In this document: positions 37,961 to 48,265 of the stretch, one piece after another
How the letters are laid out: each line of letters opens with the position of its first letter
Numbering within the stretch: the first letter of the stretch is position 1
Position numbers and translations under genes: made by a program
Assembly: GCA_031290885.1 (NCBI GenBank)
Contig: JAISLQ010000012.1
Coordinates: 1-60,442 of the forward strand
Source of the DNA: Acidaminococcales bacterium
GTDB taxonomy: Bacteria > Bacillota > Negativicutes > Acidaminococcales > JAISLQ01
Direction of reading: 5' to 3'
DNA length: 60,442 nucleotides
The notes under the pieces: generated by a model
The model's database searches: none
Told to the model about the DNA's origin: nothing
What the model saw: the letters and a program-made list of their open reading frames with translations, nothing else

Positions 37961-40558
37961 ATGATGAACCCGGAAAAATATAGTGAAAACACGAACAAAA
38001 TAATGGAATTGGCGCAAAAGCGCGCCCTGCTCAACTATCACCAAGAATTTACCGGCGCGCATATTTTGGCCGCGCTGGCGGAAGCCGACGGTTTTTTGGG
38101 CTGGCTGCTGCAAGAGCTCAAAATGGACAAAGCCGCCTGCCAAAAAGAGGCGGACGGACTGCTTGAGCGGCTGCCGCGGGTCAGGGGCGCCGAGGGCGCT
38201 TTGCGCATGAATACGGCGGTCAGCCGCGTGATGATGCTGGCCGGGGATTTCGCCGAAAAAAGCCGCTCCGCCCTTATCGAACCCTGCCATATACTCTGGG
38301 CGCTGGCCGGCGACGGCGAAACGGACGTAGTGGAGCTTTGCCGCCGTTATGGCTTGACCAGAAAGAACATCGAGAAATTCATGGCCGCCTACTCGGCGCA
38401 AACGGGCGCGGACGACTCATCCCGGCAGACGCTGGAAAAATACGGGCAAAACCTCAGCGCGAAAGCGCGGGAGGGGAAACTCGACCCGGTTATCGGCCGG
38501 GACGAGGAAATCCGCCGCGTGATTGAGATACTTTCGCGCCGCAAAAAAAACAACCCGGTGCTCATCGGCGAGCCGGGCGTCGGCAAAACGGCCATCGCCG
38601 AAGGCCTGGCCCGCCGCATCGCGGCCGGCGACGTGCCGGAGACACTGAAAGGCAAGACTTTGTACGCCCTGGATCTGGCGGCGCTGGTCGCCGGGGCCAA
38701 ATTCCGCGGCGAATTTGAAGAACGGCTCAAAGCCGTCTTGAAAATAGTAGCGGACGCGCAAGGCGAAATCATCATGTTCATCGACGAAGTGCATACGGTC
38801 GTGGGCGCGGGCGCGGCCGAAGGCGCCATGGACGCGGGCAACATCTTAAAGCCCATGCTGGCGCGCGGGGAATTAAAATGCATAGGAGCCACAACGCTCA
38901 ACGAATACCGAAAGTACATAGAAAAGGACGCCGCGCTGGAAAGGCGCTTCCAGCCGGTCATGGTGCGCGAGCCGGACGTGGAGGACACCATATCCATACT
39001 GCGCGGCCTGAAGGAGCGCTACGAAGTGCACCACGGCGTCAGAATCAAAGACGCCGCGTTGGTCGCGGCGGCGACGCTTTCCAATCGTTACATAGCCGAC
39101 AGGTTTTTGCCGGACAAAGCGATTGACCTGGTAGACGAGGCGGCGGCCCGCTTGCGGACGGAAATCGACTCTTTGCCCGCCGCCCTTGACGAAACCCGGC
39201 GGCGCATATTGCAGCTGGAAATCGAGGACCAGGCCCTGAGCAAGGAGAGCGACGACGCCTCCGTCGAGCGCCGGCAAAAACTCCAGGAAGAACTGAAAAC
39301 TATCAGGAGCCAGTCGGTCGCGCTCGGCGAGCGCTGGCAGGCGCAGAAAAAAGGCATCTTGCGCGTGCGCGAGCTAAAGCGCGAAATAGAAGAAATGAAA
39401 AACCAGATCGAGGCGGGGGAACGGGGTTTCGGCCTTGACCTTGCGAAATTGGCCGAACTTAAACACGGCCGGCTGCCGGCCCTTAAAAAAGAGCTGGCGG
39501 ACGCGGAGGCGAACATGGCGGCGGGCGACGGCGCGCCGCTGCTCAAAGAGGAAGTGGACGAGGACGACATCGCCCAAGTTATCCACAACTGGACAGGCAT
39601 ACCGGCGCAGAGAATGTTAAAAGGCGACAAGGAAAAACTGTTGAAGTTGGAAAGCGCGCTGCACGAGAGGGTAGTCGGCCAAGACGAGGCCGTGAGCGCG
39701 GTCAGCGAAGCGGTAATGCGCGCCCGGGCCGGCATCAAGGACCCGACGAAGCCCATAGGCTCTTTTATCTTTCTCGGGCCTACCGGCGTCGGCAAAACAG
39801 AATTGGCCAAGGCCCTGGCCGAAATATTGTTTGATGACGAACGCAGCATGATCCGCATCGACATGAGCGAATACATGGAAAAGCACTCGGTCGCCAGGCT
39901 GATCGGCGCCCCGCCCGGTTACGTAGGCTACGACGAGGGCGGGCAGCTTACCGAAGCGGTGCGCCGCCGGCCTTATACGGTGCTTTTGCTGGACGAAATA
40001 GAAAAAGCGCACCCGGACGTATTCAACGTACTGCTGCAAGTGCTTGACGATGGGCGGCTGACCGATGGCAAAGGCAGGATGGTGGACTTTAAAAACACGG
40101 TCGTAATTATGACCAGCAACATCGGCTCGGAGGAAATACTCAAAGACAAAGGCAGTACCGGCAAAGAGAAATTGCTGGCGCGGCTGGGCGCTTTTTTCCG
40201 GCCGGAATTCATCAACCGGGTCGACGACATAATCGTATTCAATCCGTTAAGCGCCGGAGAGGTGCGGCAAATCGCCGGGCTTATACTGAAAAATCTGTCC
40301 GCGCGGCTGGAAAGGCAGTTGGAAATTCATCTGTCCTGGGATGAGGCGGCGACGGAATATCTGGCCAAAAGCGGCTTTGATCCAATATACGGGGCTCGCC
40401 CCCTGAAACGGGCGGTTACCCGGAGCGTGGAAACCGCCTTGAGCAAAAAAATAGTCGCGGGCGAGATAAAAGAAAAAGACGCCGTCAAACTAAGCGCGGA
40501 CGACGGCGGCATAGTGCTTCTGCAGACGGCTTCGGAAGGATCTTCCCCCGCTAATTGA
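37961..40558 (+). CDS. clpB: ATP-dependent disaggregase ClpB
   Basis: Two AAA+ modules (GEPGVGKT; GPTGVGKT), [13 protein letters not shown], coiled-coil middle domain, [11 protein letters not shown]. Confidence 0.96.
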   Translation: MMNPEKYSENTNKIMELAQKRALLNYHQEFTGAHILAALAEADGFLGWLLQELKMDKAACQKEADGLLERLPRVRGAEGALRMNTAVSRVMMLAGDFAEKSRSALIEPCHILWALAGDGETDVVELCRRYGLTRKNIEKFMAAYSAQTGADDSSRQTLEKYGQNLSAKAREGKLDPVIGRDEEIRRVIEILSRRKKNNPVLIGEPGVGKTAIAEGLARRIAAGDVPETLKGKTLYALDLAALVAGAKFRGEFEERLKAVLKIVADAQGEIIMFIDEVHTVVGAGAAEGAMDAGNILKPMLARGELKCIGATTLNEYRKYIEKDAALERRFQPVMVREPDVEDTISILRGLKERYEVHHGVRIKDAALVAAATLSNRYIADRFLPDKAIDLVDEAAARLRTEIDSLPAALDETRRRILQLEIEDQALSKESDDASVERRQKLQEELKTIRSQSVALGERWQAQKKGILRVRELKREIEEMKNQIEAGERGFGLDLAKLAELKHGRLPALKKELADAEANMAAGDGAPLLKEEVDEDDIAQVIHNWTGIPAQRMLKGDKEKLLKLESALHERVVGQDEAVSAVSEAVMRARAGIKDPTKPIGSFIFLGPTGVGKTELAKALAEILFDDERSMIRIDMSEYMEKHSVARLIGAPPGYVGYDEGGQLTEAVRRRPYTVLLLDEIEKAHPDVFNVLLQVLDDGRLTDGKGRMVDFKNTVVIMTSNIGSEEILKDKGSTGKEKLLARLGAFFRPEFINRVDDIIVFNPLSAGEVRQIAGLILKNLSARLERQLEIHLSWDEAATEYLAKSGFDPIYGARPLKRAVTRSVETALSKKIVAGEIKEKDAVKLSADDGGIVLLQTASEGSSPAN

Positions 40559-41011
40559 ACGCTGCTTGCCGACTATCATTTGTGAAAGCCAATTGACCGA
40601 ACATATGCAAAATGCGCAATGTTTGGCCGCTGTTGCAATGGAGCGGGCAAAAGGCCGGTTTCATGAATTTTTTCGGCAGGGCATGCGCGATCGCATCCAT
40701 CTCCACGCGCAAACGGGCAATCCGACATAAAAAGCTCAAATCAAGCCGGCCATCGCCCGGAAACCGCAAAGCCTGTTCACAATTTCCCCGCAAAGAGGCA
40801 TGGAGCGCGTTAATTATGATTTCATCGCGCGCCCCGCCGCGAAAAAACTTAAATTGGGCTCGGGACAAAACCGAATGGCGCAAGGAACCTGCCCCTTTCA
40901 GCGCGGACGCCGCCGGGGTCCTCAAAGGTTCGCCGCTATTGAAGGTTCTCTATGGCCTTATTAAAAAGCCTGATATAATAATAGGCAAAAAATGAAGAAA
41001 GGGCTGTCCGC

Positions 41012-42112
41012 ATGAAAAAGATAAACGTCGGCATATTGTTCGGGGGCAAATCGGCCGAGCATGAAGTCTCGCTGCAATCGGCCAAAAACATCGTAGAGGC
41101 GATCGACCGGGACCGATACGACATCACGCTTATCGGCATTGACAAAGACGGGGGTTGGCACTACCTGGCCGACGCGGTCCGCTTTCTGCTAAATAGCGGC
41201 GATCCCGAACATATAGCCCTGCAGCCGAGCGGCAAATATCTGGCGGTCAATCCTGCGGGGCAGGGGGAGAAGTTTTTTTGCGTCGCCGACTACAGCCCCC
41301 AAAATAATATAGACGTTATTTTTCCCGTGTTGCACGGCTCTTTCGGCGAGGACGGGACGGTGCAGGGGCTTTTGAAGCTGGCCGGCATCCCTTTTGTCGG
41401 CGCGGGGGTGCTGGGTTCGGCCGTCGGCATGGACAAAGACGTAATGAAGCGCCTCTGGCGGGACGCCGGCTTGCCGCTGGCCCGTTTTCTGGTTTTTCAC
41501 AAAAGGCAGGAAAATGAACTCGATTTTGCGCAGATTTCCCGCTTCCTGGGTTCGCCTGTCTTCGTCAAGCCGGCGAACGCCGGTTCGTCGGTCGGCATCG
41601 GCAAGGCGGCGTCCGCCGCCGCGTTCGCCGCCGCGGCAAGCGAGGCTTTTGCCTTCGACAACAAAATCATCGTCGAAGAAGCCATACAGGGCGCGCGGGA
41701 ACTGGAGTGCGCCGTCTTGGGAAACGAAGAGCCGATCGCTTCCGGCATCGGCGAAATATTGCTGCACGCCGATTTTTATTCTTACAGGGCAAAATATTTG
41801 GATAAAAACGGCGCGGAGGTGAAAGTGCCGGCCGACCTCCCCCCCGCCGTCGCGGAACAGGCGCGGGACCTGGCGCTGCAAGCTTTCCGGGTGGTTTGCT
41901 GCGAAGGCATGGCGCGGGTGGACTTTTTCCTGACCAAAGAAAACAAGATTTTGCTCAACGAGATCAACACCATCCCCGGCTTTACCAACATCAGCATGTA
42001 TCCGCGCCTGTGGCGGGAACAGGGCCTTGCCTACGGCGAACTGATCCACCGGCTCATTCAGTTGGCGCTAGAACGGCATGCGCGGGAATCCCGCCTGAAA
42101 ACGTCTTTTTGA
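41012..42112 (+). CDS. ddl: D-alanine--D-alanine ligase
   Basis: GGKSAEHEVSL, FPVLHGSFGEDG, VKPANAGSSVG, EINTIPGFT. Confidence 0.96.
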   Translation: MKKINVGILFGGKSAEHEVSLQSAKNIVEAIDRDRYDITLIGIDKDGGWHYLADAVRFLLNSGDPEHIALQPSGKYLAVNPAGQGEKFFCVADYSPQNNIDVIFPVLHGSFGEDGTVQGLLKLAGIPFVGAGVLGSAVGMDKDVMKRLWRDAGLPLARFLVFHKRQENELDFAQISRFLGSPVFVKPANAGSSVGIGKAASAAAFAAAASEAFAFDNKIIVEEAIQGARELECAVLGNEEPIASGIGEILLHADFYSYRAKYLDKNGAEVKVPADLPPAVAEQARDLALQAFRVVCCEGMARVDFFLTKENKILLNEINTIPGFTNISMYPRLWREQGLAYGELIHRLIQLALERHARESRLKTSF

Positions 42113-42240
42113 AAAAAAGCGCTTCCTGCGGACGATTTCGGAAAACTACTGCTAAATGGGCGCGCTTCGTCTCTCTCGGCCTATATGGGCCGCCGTAACG
42201 CTATGCAAAATCCTTGCGCTTCAAAACTTGATGGGTTCAT

Positions 42241-42292
42241 AAATACAGCGAGCGCCGCAAGGGAGATCTCCCTTGCGGCGCTCGCTGTATTT
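42241..42292. repeat. perfect 52-bp palindrome with no loop
   Basis: AAATACAGCGAGCGCCGCAAGGGAGA|TCTCCCTTGCGGCGCTCGCTGTATTT. Confidence 0.95.
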
Positions 42293-42525
42293 TTCATATT
42301 CATGAACGCAGGAGAGAACGGCTTGCCCCATAACCACTTTGGCGTTTCCGGCAATATAAACGCGCCCCGCTTGATCAGGCGGCTTGTTTTTATATTCCCC
42401 AAGGGCACTGCCGCCGCAATGCAAAAGCGCCTGCCGGCGTACGGTTTTAAAGCTTTGCCGATTTTCCCCCGCGCTTTCCGCCCGAAAACAATCCTTGTCG
42501 GAATGTGCAAATCAAAATTGAGCAG
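42293..42525 (-). pseudogene. 5' relic of an iron-containing (butanol/YqhD-type) alcohol dehydrogenase
   Basis: LLNFDLHIPTRIVFG..IGKALKPYAG, then after a frameshift ALLHCGGSA; resembles the family N-terminus NF....PT.I.FG....VLL.YGGGS. Confidence 0.65.
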
Positions 42526-42553
42526 GTTTTGTTCATCTTTGGCAAAACATCGG

Positions 42554-43288
42554 TCAATAAAATACCCGTTCCAAGTACAAGCCTTGCGGCGGGGCGGTTT
42601 TTCCCGCCTGCCGCCGGTCGCGGGCGGCCAGGGCGCCGGCAAACTCCTCCACGCTTTTTTGCCCTCTCCCCACTTCGGCCAAGGCGCCGACAATGTTGCG
42701 CACCATGCGGTAAAGAAAGCCGTCGCCGCTTATGGCAAAGACGAGCAAACCTTCCCGGCGCTCCCATGCGGCGCCGTATATTGTGCGCAGCGGGCTGGCG
42801 GGATTTGCGCCGGCGGCGCGGAAACTGGAAAAGTCATGTTGCCCGATCAGGCATTCGGCCGCGCGGTTCATTTTTTCGCTGTCTAATTTCTCGCCCAAAA
42901 GCCAGGCGTAATTTGCCAGGAACGGGTCAGGGATGCCTTTCTCCGCTATTTTGTAAATGTATCGCTTGCCTTTGGCGCTGCGGCGGGCATGAAAGCCCTC
43001 CCCGACCTCCGCCGCCCCTATGACCGCAACTTGCGCCGGCAGCACGGAGCGGGCGGCCGGCAGAATGTTTCCCGTAGGGATGCGGCCTTCGGTCGAACAG
43101 GATACCACCTGCCCCAGCGCGTGCACTCCGGCGTCCGTGCGCCCCGCCGCATTGAAAGTTACCGGCTGGCCGAAGATGAGCGCGAGGCTCTCTTCCAATA
43201 CGGCCTGGACCGTCGGTTGATTTTTCTGGCGCTGAAAGCCATGATAGCCCGTGCCATCGTAGGCGATGGTGAGTTTCAGCCTGCGCAT
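42554..43288 (-). CDS. truA: tRNA pseudouridine(38-40) synthase
   Basis: AYDGTGYHGFQRQ, AGRTDAGVHA, HDFSSF, FLYRMVRNIVG. Confidence 0.96.
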   Translation of the reverse strand: MRRLKLTIAYDGTGYHGFQRQKNQPTVQAVLEESLALIFGQPVTFNAAGRTDAGVHALGQVVSCSTEGRIPTGNILPAARSVLPAQVAVIGAAEVGEGFHARRSAKGKRYIYKIAEKGIPDPFLANYAWLLGEKLDSEKMNRAAECLIGQHDFSSFRAAGANPASPLRTIYGAAWERREGLLVFAISGDGFLYRMVRNIVGALAEVGRGQKSVEEFAGALAARDRRQAGKTAPPQGLYLERVFY

Positions 43289-44089
43289 TTATCCGTACCA
43301 TCTGGCAAAGGCCAGGACAACTGCCAAAAACCCGACGAGGGCGGCGGCTAAAGCGTCGCTTTTTTCCAAAGCCAGCTCATGCATCCGGGTGCGCCCTTCG
43401 CCGCCGTGATAACAGCGCGCTTCCATCGCCGTGGCCAGTTCGTCCGCCCGGCGGAAGGCGCTCAAAAAAAGCGGCACGATCAACGTCAGCATGTTTTTGG
43501 CCTTGCGCGTCAAACCGCCGCTTTTGAAATCAGCCCCGCGCGCGCTTTGCGCCATCATGATCCTTTCCGTTTCCTGCAAGAGCGTTGGAATGAAACGCAA
43601 GGCTATGGTCATCATCATGGCCAATTCGTGCGCCGGCACGCCGATCCTGCGGAAAGGGCGCAACAGCCTTTCCAGGCCGTCGGTCAGTTCGAGGGGGGAG
43701 GTGGTCATGGTCATGAGCGAAGAAAACAAGATTAAAAATACCAGCCGAAGGCCCATTAAAATTCCCTGCGCCAAACCGGCTTTGGTTATTTTGAATATAA
43801 ACAGGCTAAAAAGGGCATCCCCTTGCCCGCTGAAAACGTGTACCAAAAATGTGATCAGGATTATCGGCCAGAGCGGTTTGACCGAGCGCAAAAGCCGGAC
43901 AAAGCTTAGCCGCCCCAAAGCAGCAACAAAGACAAAAAAGGCGGCCAGCAGGCCGTAAGCCAAAAAATCCGCCGCCGCAAAAGTTGCCGCGACGACAACG
44001 ATGGTCAGTACGATCTTGGTGCGCGGGTCCAATTTGTGCACAGGCGTGTCGCCGGGAAAGTATTGGCCAATGGTTACGTTACCGAGCAT
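43289..44089 (-). CDS. ecfT: ECF transporter transmembrane component
   Basis: HKLDPRTK, ALRFIPTL, AQSARG, AMEARCY; start moved to MLGNVT. Confidence 0.94.
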   Translation of the reverse strand: MLGNVTIGQYFPGDTPVHKLDPRTKIVLTIVVVAATFAAADFLAYGLLAAFFVFVAALGRLSFVRLLRSVKPLWPIILITFLVHVFSGQGDALFSLFIFKITKAGLAQGILMGLRLVFLILFSSLMTMTTSPLELTDGLERLLRPFRRIGVPAHELAMMMTIALRFIPTLLQETERIMMAQSARGADFKSGGLTRKAKNMLTLIVPLFLSAFRRADELATAMEARCYHGGEGRTRMHELALEKSDALAAALVGFLAVVLAFARWYG

Positions 44090-44954
44090 CGCCGCGCCCC
44101 TTTCCCGGCAGGGCCGCCAAAATCTCCGCCACCAAGCTGCCCGCGTCCAGGCAATCGCTGCCGATGCCAAACCCGCGCGCCCGCAGGCAGTCGGCCAGGG
44201 AAACTATAGCCGGCGCGGTTACGCCGGCGGCCAAAATTTCGCCCCTTTGCTCGCGGAATATCCGCCCCGGCTGACCATCGATGACTATCCTGCCGCCGGA
44301 CATGACCAAAAGGCGCCCGGCCAGTTCAACGGCTTCCTCCATGCTGTGCGTGATCATGATCACCGCCATGGCGCTTTTTTGGTGAAGAGTTTTCAACTCC
44401 TCGTAGAACAGGCCGCGCGCCAAAGGATCAAAACCGGCCGTCGGCTCGTCCAAGATAAGATAGTCCGGGCGCATGGCAATCACGCCGGCGATCGCCGCCT
44501 TGCGCATCTGCCCGCCGGAAAGTTGAAAAGGCGAGCGGGCCCCGAATTCTTCTATCGGCATTTGCGCAAAATCCAAAGCCATAGCCACCCGCTCCCTGAC
44601 CTCTGTTTCCGCAAGGCCGAGGTTGCGCGGGCCGAAAGCCACGTCGTCAAATACCGTTTCCGCGAACAATTGGTGTTCGGGGTATTGAAACACCAGCCCG
44701 GCTTTGCGCCGCGCCATCAGGGCTTCCTTGCCTTTGGCGCACGGATCCTTCCCGTCGATCAGCACCTTGCCGGCAAGCGGCGGCAAAAGTCCGGCCATGT
44801 GTTGGGCCAGCGTTGATTTGCCGGAACCAGAATGTCCGATAAGCGCGACAAATTCGCCTTTTTGAATTTTCAGGCTGACATTGTCTACCGCCTGCCTTTC
44901 ATAAGGCGTGCCTTTCATGTATATGTAAGAAACATTCTCCAAACTCAACGGCAT
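44079..44954 (-). CDS. ecfA2: ECF transporter ATPase A2
   Basis: GHSGSGKST, FQYPEHQLF, LSGGQMRK, LDEPTAG. Confidence 0.94.
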   Translation of the reverse strand: MPLSLENVSYIYMKGTPYERQAVDNVSLKIQKGEFVALIGHSGSGKSTLAQHMAGLLPPLAGKVLIDGKDPCAKGKEALMARRKAGLVFQYPEHQLFAETVFDDVAFGPRNLGLAETEVRERVAMALDFAQMPIEEFGARSPFQLSGGQMRKAAIAGVIAMRPDYLILDEPTAGFDPLARGLFYEELKTLHQKSAMAVIMITHSMEEAVELAGRLLVMSGGRIVIDGQPGRIFREQRGEILAAGVTAPAIVSLADCLRARGFGIGSDCLDAGSLVAEILAALPGKGRGDAR

Positions 44955-45778
44955 AGAGCCTCCGCCAATTCTTCTTCGGTAACCACGGGTGGCAAAAGTA
45001 CGCCCTTTTTTCTCAGCCGCCAAGCTATTTCGGCGGGCAGCGGAACGCCAAGCCCCATTGTTTTGAGCTTTTCCGCCTGGCAAAACACCTCTTTGGGCCG
45101 GCCTTCCAGCGCCGCGCGCCCGCCGTCCATGACGATTATCCGGTCGGCCATGGCCGCCTCCTGCATGAAGTGCGTAATATAGACAATAGTTATGCCTTTT
45201 TGCCGGTTAAGTTCCAGCACGGCGGACAATACTTCCCGGCGCCCCAAAGGGTCAAGCATGGCGGTCGGCTCGTCCAGCACCATGCAGGATGGCTGAAGGG
45301 CCAGCACGCCGGCTATGGCCACCCGCTGTTTCTGTCCGCCGGAAAGCATGTGCGGCGCTTGCCGGCGGTAACCTTCCATGCCCACTGCCGCCAAGGCGAA
45401 GCGCACGCGCTCGCGGATCAGTTCCGGCGGCATCCCGATGTTTTCCGGTCCGAAAGCCACATCTTCCTCCACTATGGCCGCCACTATCTGGTTGTCCGGA
45501 TTTTGGAAAACCATGCCGACGTTCTGCCTTATCAGCAGGGCATTTTGGCTGTCCGCGCAATCGTAGCCGCACACTGCGCACTTGCCGGACTGGGGAAGAA
45601 TGAGCGCATTGAAATGTTTGGCCAGCGTGGATTTGCCCGAGCCGTTCACGCCGACGACCGCAACGAACTCGCCGCGCGCTATTTTGAGCGATACGCCGCT
45701 TAAAGCGTCAATTTGGACGCCGCCGGCCGTTTTATAGCTATAGGCTAAATTTTCCGCAACGATGATGTAATCGCGCAT
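44945..45778 (-). CDS. ecfA1: ECF transporter ATPase A1
   Basis: GVNGSGKST, FQNPDNQ, LSGGQKQR, LDEPTAMLDP. Confidence 0.94.
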   Translation of the reverse strand: MRDYIIVAENLAYSYKTAGGVQIDALSGVSLKIARGEFVAVVGVNGSGKSTLAKHFNALILPQSGKCAVCGYDCADSQNALLIRQNVGMVFQNPDNQIVAAIVEEDVAFGPENIGMPPELIRERVRFALAAVGMEGYRRQAPHMLSGGQKQRVAIAGVLALQPSCMVLDEPTAMLDPLGRREVLSAVLELNRQKGITIVYITHFMQEAAMADRIIVMDGGRAALEGRPKEVFCQAEKLKTMGLGVPLPAEIAWRLRKKGVLLPPVVTEEELAEALCR

Positions 45779-46202
45779 GCCCCGTCCTCCCGCGCAAAAT
45801 TCCCCGCCGCCCGCCGCGGGGCAAACCGTTTGATAGAAACAATTGTATATTTAAATAGCGCAAACGTCAAGATAACTGCAATTTGCCGCGCGCCTGGGCC
45901 GTTCGAGACGTTTTGGCATGGCGCCGGCATCGTGGCGCAATTTCCCATCATTGCAAAATTATTTAACATTAAGCATTATTTTTGCATCTAACGGCGCGGC
46001 CTTATTGACTGTTTTATTATAATATAATAAAATGGAGACAGTTAGTTGTCGCGCATTTTTAAGAGTCGCGCCCTGTTTGTCTCGCGGCAGGCCGATACGT
46101 CCGCCGGCAATCTCCCGCCGGCGGCAATTCGCGCCTTGTTCGGCGGGCAGTTTTTCTTTTCTGTTTTTGTTTTGGCTGATTAATTATAAAGTTGGTCTTT
46201 CC

Positions 46203-47000
46203 ATGCGCAAAGATAAAACCGCAAAAGATAGTAAATTGGTCATACTCTACCACCGTTCGTACCGCAAACTGCCCGGTTCGACCAAAATCTTTCTTTTGCA
46301 TTTTGCTCTTTTGGCTTTGCCCCTTTCTCTCTCTTCATTGTTTTTTTACCCCGAGATCACCGAGAAGATCTGCGTCATTGCCAAAAACGTCCTTGACCCT
46401 TATTATTACGCCGATTCGGTCAGCGTCCTGTCGCGAAAGTACATTGAAGGAATCGGCCCTCTTTTTTACGTCCAGGTGCCGGCGAGCTATCCATCCTATC
46501 TCTTTTCGCTCGGCAACGCGGTGGTTACCCTGTTTCTTCTGGCGGTACTGCCCAACATCGAAAAATTCAAGCCTTTTCTCATTTTCAGCCTTATCCTTTG
46601 CACGGTGCACATCGTATCGTCGTTGTACTTTCTTTTGTTCCCCGCTTATTTCCCTTATACCGGCGGCGATTATTCCCAGCTTTATATGCTGCAGGAAATC
46701 AGCATTTGGATTTTTATGCCCGTTATTATGGGGCTGGCCGTTTTGCCGATGCCTGTCAGCATTTTCCTCAAAGCCCTGGTAATGGTTTTTATTTATTTAT
46801 ATTCCCTTCTGTTCGGTCTGGTGCGCTATATTGTCTTTCTCATGATCGTTTCCAAAATATCCATGATTTACATGGCGCTTTTGTTTTTCGCGTTAGGGCC
46901 GCTCATCGACTTTATTTACGCGGTCGGCATTTACACGCTGTTTGTCAATAGAATCGCCAAAAATTTAGCGGAGGACTTTTCCTTGTGGAGATGGCAATAG
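46203..47000 (+). CDS. orphan polytopic membrane protein, first gene of the putative EPS operon
   Basis: About 6-7 hydrophobic segments; stop overlaps the GT2 start; start moved to MRKDK. Confidence 0.75.
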   Translation: MRKDKTAKDSKLVILYHRSYRKLPGSTKIFLLHFALLALPLSLSSLFFYPEITEKICVIAKNVLDPYYYADSVSVLSRKYIEGIGPLFYVQVPASYPSYLFSLGNAVVTLFLLAVLPNIEKFKPFLIFSLILCTVHIVSSLYFLLFPAYFPYTGGDYSQLYMLQEISIWIFMPVIMGLAVLPMPVSIFLKALVMVFIYLYSLLFGLVRYIVFLMIVSKISMIYMALLFFALGPLIDFIYAVGIYTLFVNRIAKNLAEDFSLWRWQ

Positions 47001-48265
47001 TATTAATGAAATGCTATATGCTGTTTACTGTGGCAGTGCTGGCGATATACACGGCTAGGCACTTTGTTTTCACGATCAACAGGCTTTTCGGCAAACAACG
47101 CATTTATTACCACGACATTATCGATTCCGACCTGCGCACGGTTACCGTCCTCATTCCTATGCACAACGAGGAAGCGGTCTGCCGCGATGTATTGGAGCGC
47201 ATGCTGCTCGTCGATTATGATTTTGCGAAGTTTGAAGTCATACCGATAAACGATTTTTCCGAGGACAAAACCAAAGAGATCCTGGAAGAATACGCCGCGC
47301 AATATCCCGACATCATCAAGCCGCTGCACCGCTACGAAGGCGAACGGGGCAAGCCGGCCGCCTTGAACGAGGCGCTGCAGGTGGCGCGGGGCGACATTAT
47401 TATCATTTTCGACGCCGACTATCTGCCGCCGCGCGGGATCATCAAAAATATCGCCGTATGTTTCAACGACCCGGAGGTCGGGGCGGTCATGGGCCGCGTC
47501 ATTCCTGTAAATACCCGGGTCAACCTCTTGACGCAGCTTTTGGATCTTGAGCGCTCCGGCGGCTACCAAGTGGACCAGCAGGCGCGCTGGAACATGCGCT
47601 TGGTGCCGCAGTACGGCGGGACGGTGGGAGGCTTTTTGCGGCAGGTGGTGATTGATCTTGGCTCTTTTAACGTCAAGATGCTGGCCGAGGACACCGAGCT
47701 GACCTTTCGGCTGACCCTGAATGGCTGGAAGGTAGCTTACGCCAACCGCGCCGAGTGTTATGAGGAAGCGCCCGAATCGTGGGCGGTGCGCGCCCGGCAA
47801 ATAAGGCGCTGGTCGCGCGGGCACAACGACGTCATGTTTAAGTACCTCTTGCCGATATTGCGTTCGGACTATATTCGCAGCAGGGAAAAAATAGATGCCC
47901 TGCTCCTGGCGGGCGTTTATGTCGTGCCTTTCATCCTGCTCTCGTGCATGGCCGTTTCCATGGTGCTGTTTTTTCTCGGCGAGATGGAAATCTTCGCCGG
48001 CGTCTTCTTTTTGGTCTTCATAGGCGTTTACAATACTTTCGGCAATTTCGCGCCCTTTTATCAGGTGGGCACGGGCTGCCTGCTCGACGGGATGAAACAG
48101 CGCACGCTGCTCATACCTTTTCTGCTTTTTAATTTTTATTTTTATATGTGGTACACCTCGCGCGGTTTTGCCGACGCCCTTTTGGACAGGATTACCCTGC
48201 GCCGGACGACTTGGCAGAAAACGGCGCGCTTTCGCGCCAAAACTGAGGGGCAAAAATCTTCATGA
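46991..48265 (+). CDS. processive family-2 glycosyltransferase (PgaC/IcaA/CesA-like synthase)
   Basis: PMHNEE, INDFSED, GKPAALN, FDADY (DxD), AEDTE (TED-like), RQIRRW (QxxRW); 1 N-terminal and several C-terminal TM helices; no PilZ domain. Confidence 0.92.
   Translation: MAIVLMKCYMLFTVAVLAIYTARHFVFTINRLFGKQRIYYHDIIDSDLRTVTVLIPMHNEEAVCRDVLERMLLVDYDFAKFEVIPINDFSEDKTKEILEEYAAQYPDIIKPLHRYEGERGKPAALNEALQVARGDIIIIFDADYLPPRGIIKNIAVCFNDPEVGAVMGRVIPVNTRVNLLTQLLDLERSGGYQVDQQARWNMRLVPQYGGTVGGFLRQVVIDLGSFNVKMLAEDTELTFRLTLNGWKVAYANRAECYEEAPESWAVRARQIRRWSRGHNDVMFKYLLPILRSDYIRSREKIDALLLAGVYVVPFILLSCMAVSMVLFFLGEMEIFAGVFFLVFIGVYNTFGNFAPFYQVGTGCLLDGMKQRTLLIPFLLFNFYFYMWYTSRGFADALLDRITLRRTTWQKTARFRAKTEGQKSS

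Noticed and set aside
40551-40925. 124-aa minus-strand ORF in the clpB-ddl gap
   Set aside because: No RBS or recognisable motif; may be a decayed gene but I cannot support a call
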